A DNA stretch of 64,000 nucleotides from a bacterium (GCA_963693055.1 OY843751.1:1568001-1632000), one strand, 5' to 3'; shown: positions 1 to 8,846, counted from the first letter of the stretch. Numbers and translations: made by a program. The notes: generated by a model not told the origin, from the sequence alone.

Positions 1-263
1 TTTGAAGTACCACCAATGCTCATTTCAAAGAACACATTGTCGTATGCGCGTGAAAAAAAGTACATGTTGCCACCGGCACCAATCACCTTGACATCTGCAT
101 TTGTACCCGAGGAAGATACCTGAAGGTTACCGGTTTTGCTGTCTACATCCCAGAATCCGCCTCTAAAGCCAATTCCTGAAGATCTGACCATTCCCTGCGC
201 AAACATGTGTGATGCTCCAATTAACATGATTATCAAGATACGTTGTGTTATTTTCTTCCTCAT
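1..263 (-). CDS. Outer-membrane beta-barrel protein, partial (runs off window start); paralog of 277..942
   Basis: Not in ORF track. Read by hand from ATG at 263: MRKKITQRILIIMLIGASHMFAQGMVRSSGIGFRGGFWDVDS...GAGGNMYFFSRAYDNVFFEMSIGG, which aligns with RSTGIGFRGSYW...GAGGWMSFYTRVAPNMMLEFSLG of the upstream gene; has a signal peptide. Confidence 0.8.
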   Translation of the reverse strand, partial: MRKKITQRILIIMLIGASHMFAQGMVRSSGIGFRGGFWDVDSKTGNLQVSSSGTNADVKVIGAGGNMYFFSRAYDNVFFEMSIGGTS

Positions 264-276
264 TCCCGTTCCTGTG

Positions 277-942
277 TTATTTGATTATGGGGGTGAATTC
301 TCCCCAATAAAAATTGATACCCAAACCGTAATCCCAACCGCTGTATTTGTGCATGGGATTAAAGTTGATAAAGTGATAGCGGATGTCAAAGTTGAGACCA
401 AACCAATTTGAGAACATGAAATTCATACCTGCACCCGTATAACCACCACCGCGTAACCGGGTTTTGATATTTACTTTATTATTATCTGTAAAATCGCGGT
501 TTTGAACATTAATGTCACTGAGCCAATAAGGACCCATTCCAGCGGACAGATATGGTTTAAAAGCGGTTATGTTTCTAAAGGGAAACAACTCGTAATGTAA
601 TCCTAATAACGCGCCGGTTACTGCTTCTGCTTTAACATCCTCGCCAAAAAAATCAATGGACTGTGTTTCCGCTTTTCCCATGCTGCCCAGGCTGAATTCA
701 AGCATCATATTGGGAGCCACGCGTGTATAAAAAGACATCCATCCGCCTGCACCTTCAATATCAACATTGGTTTGATGATAATAATCTTCAACAATGATCT
801 GTGATTCAGTATCATTACCCGTCCAATATGAACCGCGAAAGCCAATACCGGTTGAACGTTGATATGTTTCTGAATAAGCCATGGATACAATTCCCAATAC
901 CGCGATTGAAATTAAAGTGATAATTGAAATGATACGTAACAT
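277..942 (-). CDS. Outer-membrane beta-barrel protein (OmpA/OmpW-like small barrel)
   Basis: Signal peptide and alternating beta-strands (KPYLSAGMG, GLNFDIRYHF, YGLGINFYW). Start moved from GTG 978 to ATG 942, which has an AAGGAG RBS and lies downstream of the sigma-54 promoter. Confidence 0.8.
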   Translation of the reverse strand: MLRIISIITLISIAVLGIVSMAYSETYQRSTGIGFRGSYWTGNDTESQIIVEDYYHQTNVDIEGAGGWMSFYTRVAPNMMLEFSLGSMGKAETQSIDFFGEDVKAEAVTGALLGLHYELFPFRNITAFKPYLSAGMGPYWLSDINVQNRDFTDNNKVNIKTRLRGGGYTGAGMNFMFSNWFGLNFDIRYHFINFNPMHKYSGWDYGLGINFYWGEFTPIIK

Positions 943-988
943 GATGATCTCCTTGTTGTAACAGGTTTTGTTTTTCACATCATGTCAG

Positions 989-1004
989 GCAACATCGGTG
1001 CCAA
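989..1004 (-). promoter_or_regulatory. Sigma-54 (RpoN) -24/-12 promoter
   Basis: Minus strand reads TTGGCACCGATGTTGC, an exact TGGCAC-N5-TTGC with GG-N10-GC spacing, next to a sigma-54 activator gene. Confidence 0.85.
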
Positions 1005-1067
1005 ATAATTTTTGCGCATTAACCGACAGTTTATTATGGGCTTATGGTTGCTTTATGTGTTCTTGCC

Positions 1068-1108
1068 AAATGCGGGATTAATGATAAATGCGGGATTTTC
1101 CCGCATTT
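1068..1108. promoter_or_regulatory. Candidate upstream activator sequence (palindrome plus extra half-site); could also act as a terminator
   Basis: AAATGCGGGA-ttt-TCCCGCATTT perfect palindrome at 1086-1108 plus a direct copy AAATGCGGGATT at 1068-1079, about 65-105 bp upstream of the -24 element. Confidence 0.55.
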
Positions 1109-1116
1109 GACCAATA

Positions 1117-3669
1117 TTAATTATCCTTGTTTTGAAAATACGTTATAATTTTTTCAGCATAATGATGATATTTTTGTGGTAATCCCTTGAATGACGGCAT
1201 CTTTTTTAAATCGTCGGGTGTATTTTCGGCGGGAATATCCAGACTGTTTATATAATCGGATAATTTGGATCTAACTTTGGACACTGCGTCTTCCGGTAAT
1301 GCATAGGCGATTGTGTCTGCGGCTTTGTTTATATCAAAATCAGCATTTACAAAATGTTCAAAACAGATACCTCGATAATAATCGGTAATGGTACCCCGAT
1401 CTTTGTTCATCAGGTTGGCGGTTTTACTGATTGCTGAATGGGAAAACTGTAACGCTCGCAATGATTCAAGAACCTGGTCTTCAAAGGTAACAAATGTACC
1501 TACTGGATCATTTTGAACAGATAGCTGGATTTCCTGGGGAAGATCACTGCTTTGTATGATTTGCCGATTGTCACTTTGGGCCATAATGGCTGCACGACGA
1601 ACCAGGTTTTCAAGCTCGCGTACATTTCCGGGAAATAAATAGTTTTGCAGTTGATTCATAGCCTGCTCTGAAAATCCGGTTATGGATTGATAGCCATGTT
1701 TATCAATAAAATGCTGAACCAGCAGGGGGATATCCTGTCGACGTTCCCGCAAGGGTGGAAGCTGTACTGGAAATCCATTGAGCCGATAATACAGATCCAC
1801 ACGAAATCGATCCTGTTCTATCTCTTTTTCAATATCTTTGCTGGATGCGGCAATGACCCGTACATCTGTTTTCTGGGTCTTTTCACTACCTAACCGTTCA
1901 AAGGTACCTTCCTGCAATACCCGCAACAGCTTGGCCTGAAACGCGGGAGAGGTTTCAGTGATCTCGTCCAGAAAAAGTGTACCTTTATCCGCCAGTTCAA
2001 AGCGGCCTTTGCGTTGCGATTGGGCCCCGGTAAAGCTGCCTTTTTCATGCCCAAAGAGTTCGCTCTCTAATAACGTGTCCGGCAGGGCGCTGCAGTTAAC
2101 CGCGACAAAAGACATGGATTTACGTGGACCGCTGTTGTGGATTGCCTTTGCAATGAGTTCTTTACCGCTGCCGGTCTCGCCCTTGATGAAAACGGGGATA
2201 TCATCCGAACCAACTTTTTGCACTAATTCGAGCACTTTTTGCATGGGACTGCCATTGGTATGGATAATATTTGTAAATCCGACTGTGACGGGTGCAGACT
2301 GAGGATTGTCGTATGTTTGCAGGTCACGAATTTGAGATTCCAGTTTTTGGATCTCCTGCTGCATAGAGGTGGTTATGTTTTCACTCTTGTTTTGTTCTTT
2401 TTCAAACTGTGCCTTTGCATCCTGCAATGCTTGTTCTTTGCTCAAGATTTGCTGCTGTAAAAGATCGTGATGGGAGGTAAGGTGTTGTTCTTTACGGATT
2501 ACTTTGAGCGATATTATGAATATAGCAGAAATAGTCCAAACTACAAAAGGAAGCATCCAGGGGAATATGATTTGTAATGCTGAAAATAAAATGTAAGAGA
2601 TGAATAATACTAGAATTATACCGGCAATGATGAAAATAATGAACGATTTAATTGGTTTTTGATATAATATCATTAACAGTGCGGCTATTATAAAAATGAT
2701 CAATGCCTGCGCCCACAAGGGTGCAATGCGAATAAAACGTCCTGATATGATATTCTCTGCAACAGTCAGATGTACCAGTGAAGCCGGTAATGCATTCGAC
2801 AGGGGAGTGACTTTTAGCGGTGCATGACCGGGAGACGTAACCGTGATAAGCACCAGTTTGTCCTTAACATCCAACAAGTCAGGATTTTCTTGATATTGCT
2901 GTAACAGATCTACAAAGCTGATGGCGTTGAGGTTTTCAATACTGCCAAAATGATCGGGACGAAATTCTCCCGATGGCCCGATTGGAATGCGGATTGCTTT
3001 TCCCGAATCCGGTTTGAATTCAATATCTTTTCGTGTCATTAAGAAATTGTCTGTGGATACATTCAGAAATAAACGCGCCATTTCGAGTCCGAAGGAATAG
3101 ACTGGTTTTTCGTTCTGGTATGCAACTAATGGTACTTGACGTGTTTCGGCATCGCTGCCCATATTGCTGAATCCTGTTGCCTTGCAATTCTCTTTAAAAA
3201 TATTAATGGGATTGCGTGGTTCCTGACCGATATATGGGTGTGGAAAAGGTGAATTGGTAAACGTGTTTTGTTCAAGATCCGTAAACGCCATGGGCAGGCA
3301 AACCCGGTCAGCGGATTGGATAAAATCCGCAAAGGCCTCGTCAAATTCAGGATAGCGGGAATCATGAGTATCAAAAAGCAGATCAAAGGCAATGACTTTA
3401 GCTCCGGCATTCTGCAGGATATGTGTCAGGTATCCGTAATAGTCACGAGTAATGGGCCAACCGTGCAGGGATTCGATATCATTCTGATCTATAAAAATCA
3501 CCAGCAGATCATCACTGACCTGGCGATCTCCGCGCAGTTTAATCCATTGAGTGATCGTTGTATCCGATGAATTTTCAGCAAGTGGAGTAAATAACAGAAC
3601 CAATCCTATTAAAGCAATAGTAATGATGACTGTTGAGTAAATATTGTTTATAAGCGCTGTGATTTTCAT
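1117..3669 (-). CDS. Membrane-anchored CHASE2-domain sigma-54-dependent transcriptional activator (bEBP)
   Basis: N-terminal TM, CHASE2 signature (IFIDQNDIESLHGWPITRDYY...AGAKVIAFDLLF), 3 TM helices, coiled coil, AAA+ domain (GETGSGKE, ESELFGHEKGSFTGA, LFLDEI, FPGNVREL), Fis-like HTH (AISKTANLMNKDRGTITDYY). Confidence 0.9.
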   Translation of the reverse strand: MKITALINNIYSTVIITIALIGLVLLFTPLAENSSDTTITQWIKLRGDRQVSDDLLVIFIDQNDIESLHGWPITRDYYGYLTHILQNAGAKVIAFDLLFDTHDSRYPEFDEAFADFIQSADRVCLPMAFTDLEQNTFTNSPFPHPYIGQEPRNPINIFKENCKATGFSNMGSDAETRQVPLVAYQNEKPVYSFGLEMARLFLNVSTDNFLMTRKDIEFKPDSGKAIRIPIGPSGEFRPDHFGSIENLNAISFVDLLQQYQENPDLLDVKDKLVLITVTSPGHAPLKVTPLSNALPASLVHLTVAENIISGRFIRIAPLWAQALIIFIIAALLMILYQKPIKSFIIFIIAGIILVLFISYILFSALQIIFPWMLPFVVWTISAIFIISLKVIRKEQHLTSHHDLLQQQILSKEQALQDAKAQFEKEQNKSENITTSMQQEIQKLESQIRDLQTYDNPQSAPVTVGFTNIIHTNGSPMQKVLELVQKVGSDDIPVFIKGETGSGKELIAKAIHNSGPRKSMSFVAVNCSALPDTLLESELFGHEKGSFTGAQSQRKGRFELADKGTLFLDEITETSPAFQAKLLRVLQEGTFERLGSEKTQKTDVRVIAASSKDIEKEIEQDRFRVDLYYRLNGFPVQLPPLRERRQDIPLLVQHFIDKHGYQSITGFSEQAMNQLQNYLFPGNVRELENLVRRAAIMAQSDNRQIIQSSDLPQEIQLSVQNDPVGTFVTFEDQVLESLRALQFSHSAISKTANLMNKDRGTITDYYRGICFEHFVNADFDINKAADTIAYALPEDAVSKVRSKLSDYINSLDIPAENTPDDLKKMPSFKGLPQKYHHYAEKIITYFQNKDN

Positions 3670-3817
3670 GAATTGACCCTGTTTATATATTAAAAAGGGT
3701 ATACGTTACCCATAAATAAACGTTTCATCTGAAAAAGTACGTATAATTGATGATGAAATCAAATAATTTTGATGTTTGCTTTTGCTACGTTATTAACAGT
3801 ATGGCATGAGACTTTTA

Positions 3818-3846
3818 TTGCATCTGGCGTCAGGATTTTCTACATT
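3818..3846 (+). promoter_or_regulatory. Candidate sigma-70 promoter of the radical SAM gene
   Basis: TTGCAT-17 bp-TACATT; nearly the same pair (TTGCAC-17-TACATT) precedes fldA. Confidence 0.4.
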
Positions 3847-3885
3847 TGTTAAATCATTTTTAATCATAACGAGTTTTATCAACAT

Positions 3886-4944
3886 ATGGAAAAACGGATG
3901 CAGTCCTTTTGGGACAAACTGGATGTGGGTATTGGAAAAGAAGTAGCAATAAGCAGAGTTTTACGGACATTGACCTGGAAACGGTTGTGGAACGCACTCA
4001 AGATATTAACCTCATTTTTGCTCTCTGCTATATTGAAAAAGAACATTGTATGGGGCGTGCCGCCTATAGTCAATATAGAGCCGACCAATATATGTAATTT
4101 AAAGTGTCCCTTGTGCGTAACCGGATGTGGAGACATGGAGCGTCCCCGCGGTATGATGAATTTTGAAACATTCCGCAAGGTTGTGGATGAGGTTGCGGAC
4201 AAGATCATATATATAACCCTTTATTCGCAGGGTGAACCGTATTTGAATAAAGAGTTTAACCGGTTTGTGCGATATGCCAAAGACAGGGGTGTGTATGTCA
4301 ATACCAGTACCAACGCGCATTACTTTGATAAACAGATGGCTGTTTCGACTGTGATGAGCGGGCTGGACAGTATGATCATCTCGCTTGACGGTGCAACACA
4401 AGAGAGTTACGCGCATTACCGTCGCAATGGAGACCTGGAGACGGTCAAACAGGGAATCCGTAATTTGGTTGATGCAAAAAAGCAATTAAAGAGTAAAACG
4501 CCTTACTTGTTTGCACAGTTTCTGGTGATGAAGCATAACGAGCATGAAATAGACGAGATGAAAAAACTGGCAAAAGAGTTGGAGGTGGACCGGCTCCTCA
4601 TTAAAACCACGCAGGTGATGACACTGGAAGAAGCGCGTGAATGGCTGCCGGAAAATGACAAGTATCGGCGCTATGATGTTACCGAAGAGGGATTCAGCGT
4701 CAAGAAGGGCAAAGGCGCTTGTCCCAGACCGTGGCTAACAACGTTGGTGGACTGGGACGGCCTGGTGGTGCCGTGCTGTTTTGACAAGAACGGTGACCAC
4801 GCCACTGGTACGATTGGGGAACAGGGGTTGTTGGAGATCTGGGGCAATGGCAAATACCGGGGATTCCGCACACGCCTGCTGCGCAATCGCGACTCGATCG
4901 AGATGTGCCGCAACTGTAATTTTGGTATCGGGATTTTTAAATAA
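3886..4944 (+). CDS. Radical SAM protein with C-terminal SPASM/twitch domain
   Basis: CNLKCPLC (CxxxCxxC), GEPYL, C-terminal CPRPW...VPCCFD...CRNC. Confidence 0.9.
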   Translation: MEKRMQSFWDKLDVGIGKEVAISRVLRTLTWKRLWNALKILTSFLLSAILKKNIVWGVPPIVNIEPTNICNLKCPLCVTGCGDMERPRGMMNFETFRKVVDEVADKIIYITLYSQGEPYLNKEFNRFVRYAKDRGVYVNTSTNAHYFDKQMAVSTVMSGLDSMIISLDGATQESYAHYRRNGDLETVKQGIRNLVDAKKQLKSKTPYLFAQFLVMKHNEHEIDEMKKLAKELEVDRLLIKTTQVMTLEEAREWLPENDKYRRYDVTEEGFSVKKGKGACPRPWLTTLVDWDGLVVPCCFDKNGDHATGTIGEQGLLEIWGNGKYRGFRTRLLRNRDSIEMCRNCNFGIGIFK

Positions 4945-4950
4945 TATAAT

Positions 4951-5066
4951 AGAACACGAATAACACGGATTTACACTTTTAGATATAGTTAATTATTATA
5001 GGGAACGGTCTCAGACCGTTCCCTACATATTTAATTAACCACAGATTCAAACGGATAAACACAGAT
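4951..5066. repeat. Intergenic repeat cluster: CACGRAT/CACAGAT short tandem repeats flanking a REP-like hairpin
   Basis: TAGGGAACGGTCT-C-AGACCGTTCCCTA at 4999-5025 (related copy at 8746-8775); ACACGAATAACACGGATTTACAC and CCACAGATTCAAACGGATAAACACAGAT on either side. Confidence 0.7.
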
Positions 5067-5210
5067 AAAAAATACACTGCTATGAAATATTTGCATAGCC
5101 CGTTTATTTATTTACTGCCCAAGTCCAATAATAACAATGTATTGTGTTCTGGTATGTATTTTGAACAAAATTGCTATATCCATAAGGATAAATCTATTTG
5201 AGGGAAAATT

Positions 5211-6716
5211 ATGAAAACACGTTTGACCATTCTTATTGTATTGATTTTTGCAGTTACACTTTTCAGCCAGGGCATTCCTTATAATCAGGAATTTCAGGTA
5301 AATACATTTACTAAAAGTTTTCAATGGAAACCATGTATAACAACCCTCTCAGATGGCAGTTTTTTGATTATATGGACTAGTTTTGAGCAAGTTAAAGATG
5401 CTAGTACTGAAATATTTGCTCAAAATTTTAATGCTGATTGTAGTAAAAGAAATGGTGAGTATCAAATAACTAATAGTGTAAAGTATGATCAGGATGAAAC
5501 TTGCGTTGCTGTACTAGAAAATAAAGAATTAGTTGTTTGTTGTTGGGAAAGTATGTATCAGGATGGTTCAGGATCTGGAATATTTGCACAAAAGTTGAGT
5601 ACTGATGGTTCTGTTATTGGAAGCGACTTTCAAGTAAATACTGTCGAAACATATAATCAATTTTATCCAAATATTACAAGCTTATCAGATGGTGATTATG
5701 CAATTTGTTGGTTAAGTGGTGAATACAATGTGACAAGCTGGGATGTTAAATTACAGTGCTTTAATTCTGATGGTAATAAAAAAGGTGAGGAAATTAAAGT
5801 AAATACAAATATTAAAAGTTACAAAGTTAAACCTATTGTAAGAAGATTATCCAATGGCGGGTTTGTTGTGTTTTGGAATGGTGGCAATCCGGATTACAGA
5901 GACTGGAGAATATATTTTCAATGTTTTAATGAGTTTGGTACTAAAGATAGCAATGAATTGCAGTTGGTTGAAAATTATGAAAATAATCAATATTTATACG
6001 ATATTGTGACACTTGCTGACAAGAGTTTATTGGTATCATGGGCAAGTCGAATTAATGAAAAATATACAAGTATTTATGCGCAGCGTTTTTATGATAATAT
6101 AACAAAATATGATGATTCTTTTAAAGTAAATACTAACACTATGTGTGAAAAAGCATATTCAAAAATTTCAGTTCTATCAGATAGTAATTTTGTTATATGT
6201 TGGCAAAGTAGTGAACAGGATAATTCTAGATCTGGAGTTTTTGCTCAACGTTTTTATTCTGATTGCAGTAAAATGGGGTATGAATTCCAAGTTAATAGTT
6301 ATTCAATAGGTTCACAAGGTCGTCCCTGTGTTACTGCATTATTAAATGGAGATTTTGTGATAAGTTGGATGAGTATGCAACCTAATGATTCAGGTTGGGA
6401 TATTTTTGCAAAACATATATCGAGTGAGGTGGAAGATGCCGCGAAACTCCCGATGGGAATTGCGTTGGAGCAGAACTATCCCAATCCCTTTAATCCCGTA
6501 ACCACGGTGCGGTACAGCTTGCCGAAGGCGGGACCTGTGGCGCTGAAACTGTACGATATAACCGGTAGGGAGGTGATGTCGCTGGTAAATGAGTGGCAGG
6601 CCGAGGGAGCTCACTCAATAAAAGTTGATTGTCGCAGCCTTGCGAGCGGAGTTTATGTGTATAAGCTGACTGCGGGAGATTATTGTGAGAGCAAAAAGAT
6701 GGCTTTGGTGAGGTAG
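5211..6716 (+). CDS. Secreted 7-repeat (EFQVNT) beta-propeller-like protein with C-terminal secretion-sorting domain (T9SS type A/FlgD-Ig-like)
   Basis: Signal peptide, seven ~56-aa repeats, LEQNYPNPFNP...LASGVY...KKMALVR tail. Confidence 0.85.
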   Translation: MKTRLTILIVLIFAVTLFSQGIPYNQEFQVNTFTKSFQWKPCITTLSDGSFLIIWTSFEQVKDASTEIFAQNFNADCSKRNGEYQITNSVKYDQDETCVAVLENKELVVCCWESMYQDGSGSGIFAQKLSTDGSVIGSDFQVNTVETYNQFYPNITSLSDGDYAICWLSGEYNVTSWDVKLQCFNSDGNKKGEEIKVNTNIKSYKVKPIVRRLSNGGFVVFWNGGNPDYRDWRIYFQCFNEFGTKDSNELQLVENYENNQYLYDIVTLADKSLLVSWASRINEKYTSIYAQRFYDNITKYDDSFKVNTNTMCEKAYSKISVLSDSNFVICWQSSEQDNSRSGVFAQRFYSDCSKMGYEFQVNSYSIGSQGRPCVTALLNGDFVISWMSMQPNDSGWDIFAKHISSEVEDAAKLPMGIALEQNYPNPFNPVTTVRYSLPKAGPVALKLYDITGREVMSLVNEWQAEGAHSIKVDCRSLASGVYVYKLTAGDYCESKKMALVR

Positions 6717-6735
6717 GTTTTGTAGAAAAGCAAGA

Positions 6736-6788
6736 GCCGGTTGCTGAGTACGAGTCCGTAAAACGGACGCGCGTATCGAAGCACCGGC
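6736..6788. repeat. Palindromic CTGAGT...GTATCGAAG element
   Basis: GCCGGTTGCTGAGTACGAGTCCGTAAAACGGACGCGCGTATCGAAGCACCGGC; a related copy lies in reverse orientation at 42433-42477. Confidence 0.6.
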
Positions 6789-6823
6789 CCTTTAATACAG
6801 TAAATAGTTAATTGGAGCGAATC

Positions 6824-8665
6824 ATGAAAACACGTTTGATCATTCTTATTGTATTAAGTTTCGTAATTACACTTTTGAGCCAGGAAATATCGTATAATCA
6901 GGAATTTCAGGTGAATACAAGTAAAGATGGATGGTCTCCTTCTATAGCTGCATTATCTGATGGTAGATTTGTGGTTTGCTGGGGAAGTTCTCAAGACTAT
7001 GATGGTGCAGATTATGGTATTTATGCACAAATTTTTGATTCAAAAGCTAATAAGCAAGGATACCATTTCCCGGTAAATACATATACAAAATACAGTCAAA
7101 CGGATCCGCATATTGCAGTACTTACTAATGGAAGATTTGTAATTTGTTGGGAAAGTCAGGAACAGGATGGGGAAGATGGGGGCATTTTTGCACAAATGTT
7201 TTATGCTGATGGTAAACCTGCAGGTGAAGAATTTCAAGTAAATAGCTATATTAAGAATAATCAGTGGCATTCTTCAATTGTGGCCCTTTCTGATGGAGGA
7301 TTTGTGATATGCTGGGAAAGCTATGATGATCAGGACGGAACTGGTTCTGAGATATGTGCGCAATTGTTTGATTCAAATGCTAGCAGGATTGGTGATGAAT
7401 TTCAAGTAAACACATATACAGATAATACCCTGATGAATCCAAGTATTTCATGTCTTTCTGATGGTGCATTTGTGATTTGCTGGGAAAGTAGTGGACAAGA
7501 TGGATCAGGTTGGGGTGTTTATGCACAGATGTTTCATGCTGATGGGAAAAGAATGGGAGATGAATTTCGGGTAAATACATATACGAATAATAATCAGAAC
7601 CAGCAAGTCATAACAGCATTAGAAGATGGGGGTTTTGTAATCAGCTGGTCTAGTTTATATCAAGATGGATCATGTGATGGTGTATTTGCTCAAATGTATC
7701 ATGTAGATGGAACACGGAAGGGTGAAGAATTTCAGGTTAATACATATACATATAATTACCAAGCTAATCCTTATATTTCTTCGTTATCAAGTGGTGGTTT
7801 CATAGTTTGTTGGGAAAGTTATGGTCAAGGTGGACCTTTTACAGAAATTTACGCGCAAATGTTTAATACCGACGGCAGCCAAAAAGGTAATGAATTTCAT
7901 ATTAATACTAATACAAATCAGTTTCAGATGGGGCCATGTATTGCAAGATTATCAGATGGGAAAATTGTGATTACATGGGAAAGTAGTCATGTTGAATCAA
8001 TATTTCAGGTATATGCAAAGTATTTTCCTGCTGAACCCATAGTACATCAATTAGGATACTATCAACTAATAACTCCTGCAAATGATAAAACCCTGCAATC
8101 CACCTGGCCGACCTTTTCCTGGCAGAAATCGAGCAACGTACGCATCTGCTACCCATGGGAAATCGAATATGACCTATACCTGTCTACTGATGAGCAATTT
8201 AGTGATCCTTTCATTTGCAGCGGTATTTTGGATACCACCTATACCATCCCTGATACCGAGTCTCTGCAAGCGGGACAAACGTATTTCTGGAAAGTCCTTG
8301 CAAAAAATATCGCAGGGGACAGCCTGTGGAGCTCAAACACCAACGCCTTTTTTGTCAGTCATACGGCGACTGAGGTGGAGGAGGATGACGCGCAACTACC
8401 AACGGGATTTGAATTGGAGCAGAACTATCCCAACCCTTTTAATCCCGAGACCACGGTGCGGTACAGCCTGCCGCAGGCGGGAGTAGTGGAGCTGAAACTG
8501 TACGATATTACCGGGCGCGAGGTGATGTCTCTGGTGAATGAGTGGCAATCCGCGGGGACGCACTCGGTTAAAGTAGATGGCCGCAGCCTTGCGAGCGGGG
8601 TGTATGTATATACGCTGACTGCTGGATCATATCGTGAGAGTAAAAAGATGGCGCTGATCAAGTGA
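6824..8665 (+). CDS. Secreted 7-repeat (EFQVNTYT) propeller protein with FN3-like module and C-terminal sorting domain
   Basis: Start moved to ATG 6824 (GGAG RBS; N-terminus matches the 5211 gene); 7 repeats; PTFSW...YDLYLS...TYFWKVLA FN3-like segment; QNYPNPFNP tail. Confidence 0.85.
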   Translation: MKTRLIILIVLSFVITLLSQEISYNQEFQVNTSKDGWSPSIAALSDGRFVVCWGSSQDYDGADYGIYAQIFDSKANKQGYHFPVNTYTKYSQTDPHIAVLTNGRFVICWESQEQDGEDGGIFAQMFYADGKPAGEEFQVNSYIKNNQWHSSIVALSDGGFVICWESYDDQDGTGSEICAQLFDSNASRIGDEFQVNTYTDNTLMNPSISCLSDGAFVICWESSGQDGSGWGVYAQMFHADGKRMGDEFRVNTYTNNNQNQQVITALEDGGFVISWSSLYQDGSCDGVFAQMYHVDGTRKGEEFQVNTYTYNYQANPYISSLSSGGFIVCWESYGQGGPFTEIYAQMFNTDGSQKGNEFHINTNTNQFQMGPCIARLSDGKIVITWESSHVESIFQVYAKYFPAEPIVHQLGYYQLITPANDKTLQSTWPTFSWQKSSNVRICYPWEIEYDLYLSTDEQFSDPFICSGILDTTYTIPDTESLQAGQTYFWKVLAKNIAGDSLWSSNTNAFFVSHTATEVEEDDAQLPTGFELEQNYPNPFNPETTVRYSLPQAGVVELKLYDITGREVMSLVNEWQSAGTHSVKVDGRSLASGVYVYTLTAGSYRESKKMALIK

Positions 8666-8816
8666 GACGCCAAACGTGAGACGTGAGATATAAATTATAG
8701 ACAACTGGTGCTACGATTCGAGTCGTGGCACCAGTTATTATTTTTGTAGGGAACGATCTCGGGACCGTTCTCTACATTGTAATTTTTGCGTTTCCAAACA
8801 GGAGTTTGGGAACGAG
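8662..8816. repeat. Composite cluster of four different short repeat/palindrome elements
   Basis: CGTGAGA heptamer repeats at 8662-8688; AACTGGTGC...GCACCAGTT hairpin at 8703-8736; GTAGGGAACG...CGTTCTCTAC at 8746-8775; CGTTTCCAAAC-AGGA-GTTTGGGAACGAG at 8789-8816. Confidence 0.7.
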
Positions 8817-8846
8817 AAAGGGTGTAATATCCATTGACCGGAAATG

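Noticed and set aside
3886-4944. RiPP biosynthetic cluster
   Set aside because: No precursor ORF, RRE/PqqD, peptidase or transporter is adjacent
5211-8030. CRISPR array or DNA tandem repeat from the recurring GAATTTCARGTNAATAC motif
   Set aside because: The repeats are in-frame, degenerate ~168-bp protein repeats; no cas genes are present
4951-8816. Integron cassette array with attC sites
   Set aside because: The palindromes lack clear RYYYAAC/GTTRRRY ends, differ from one another, and no integron integrase is present
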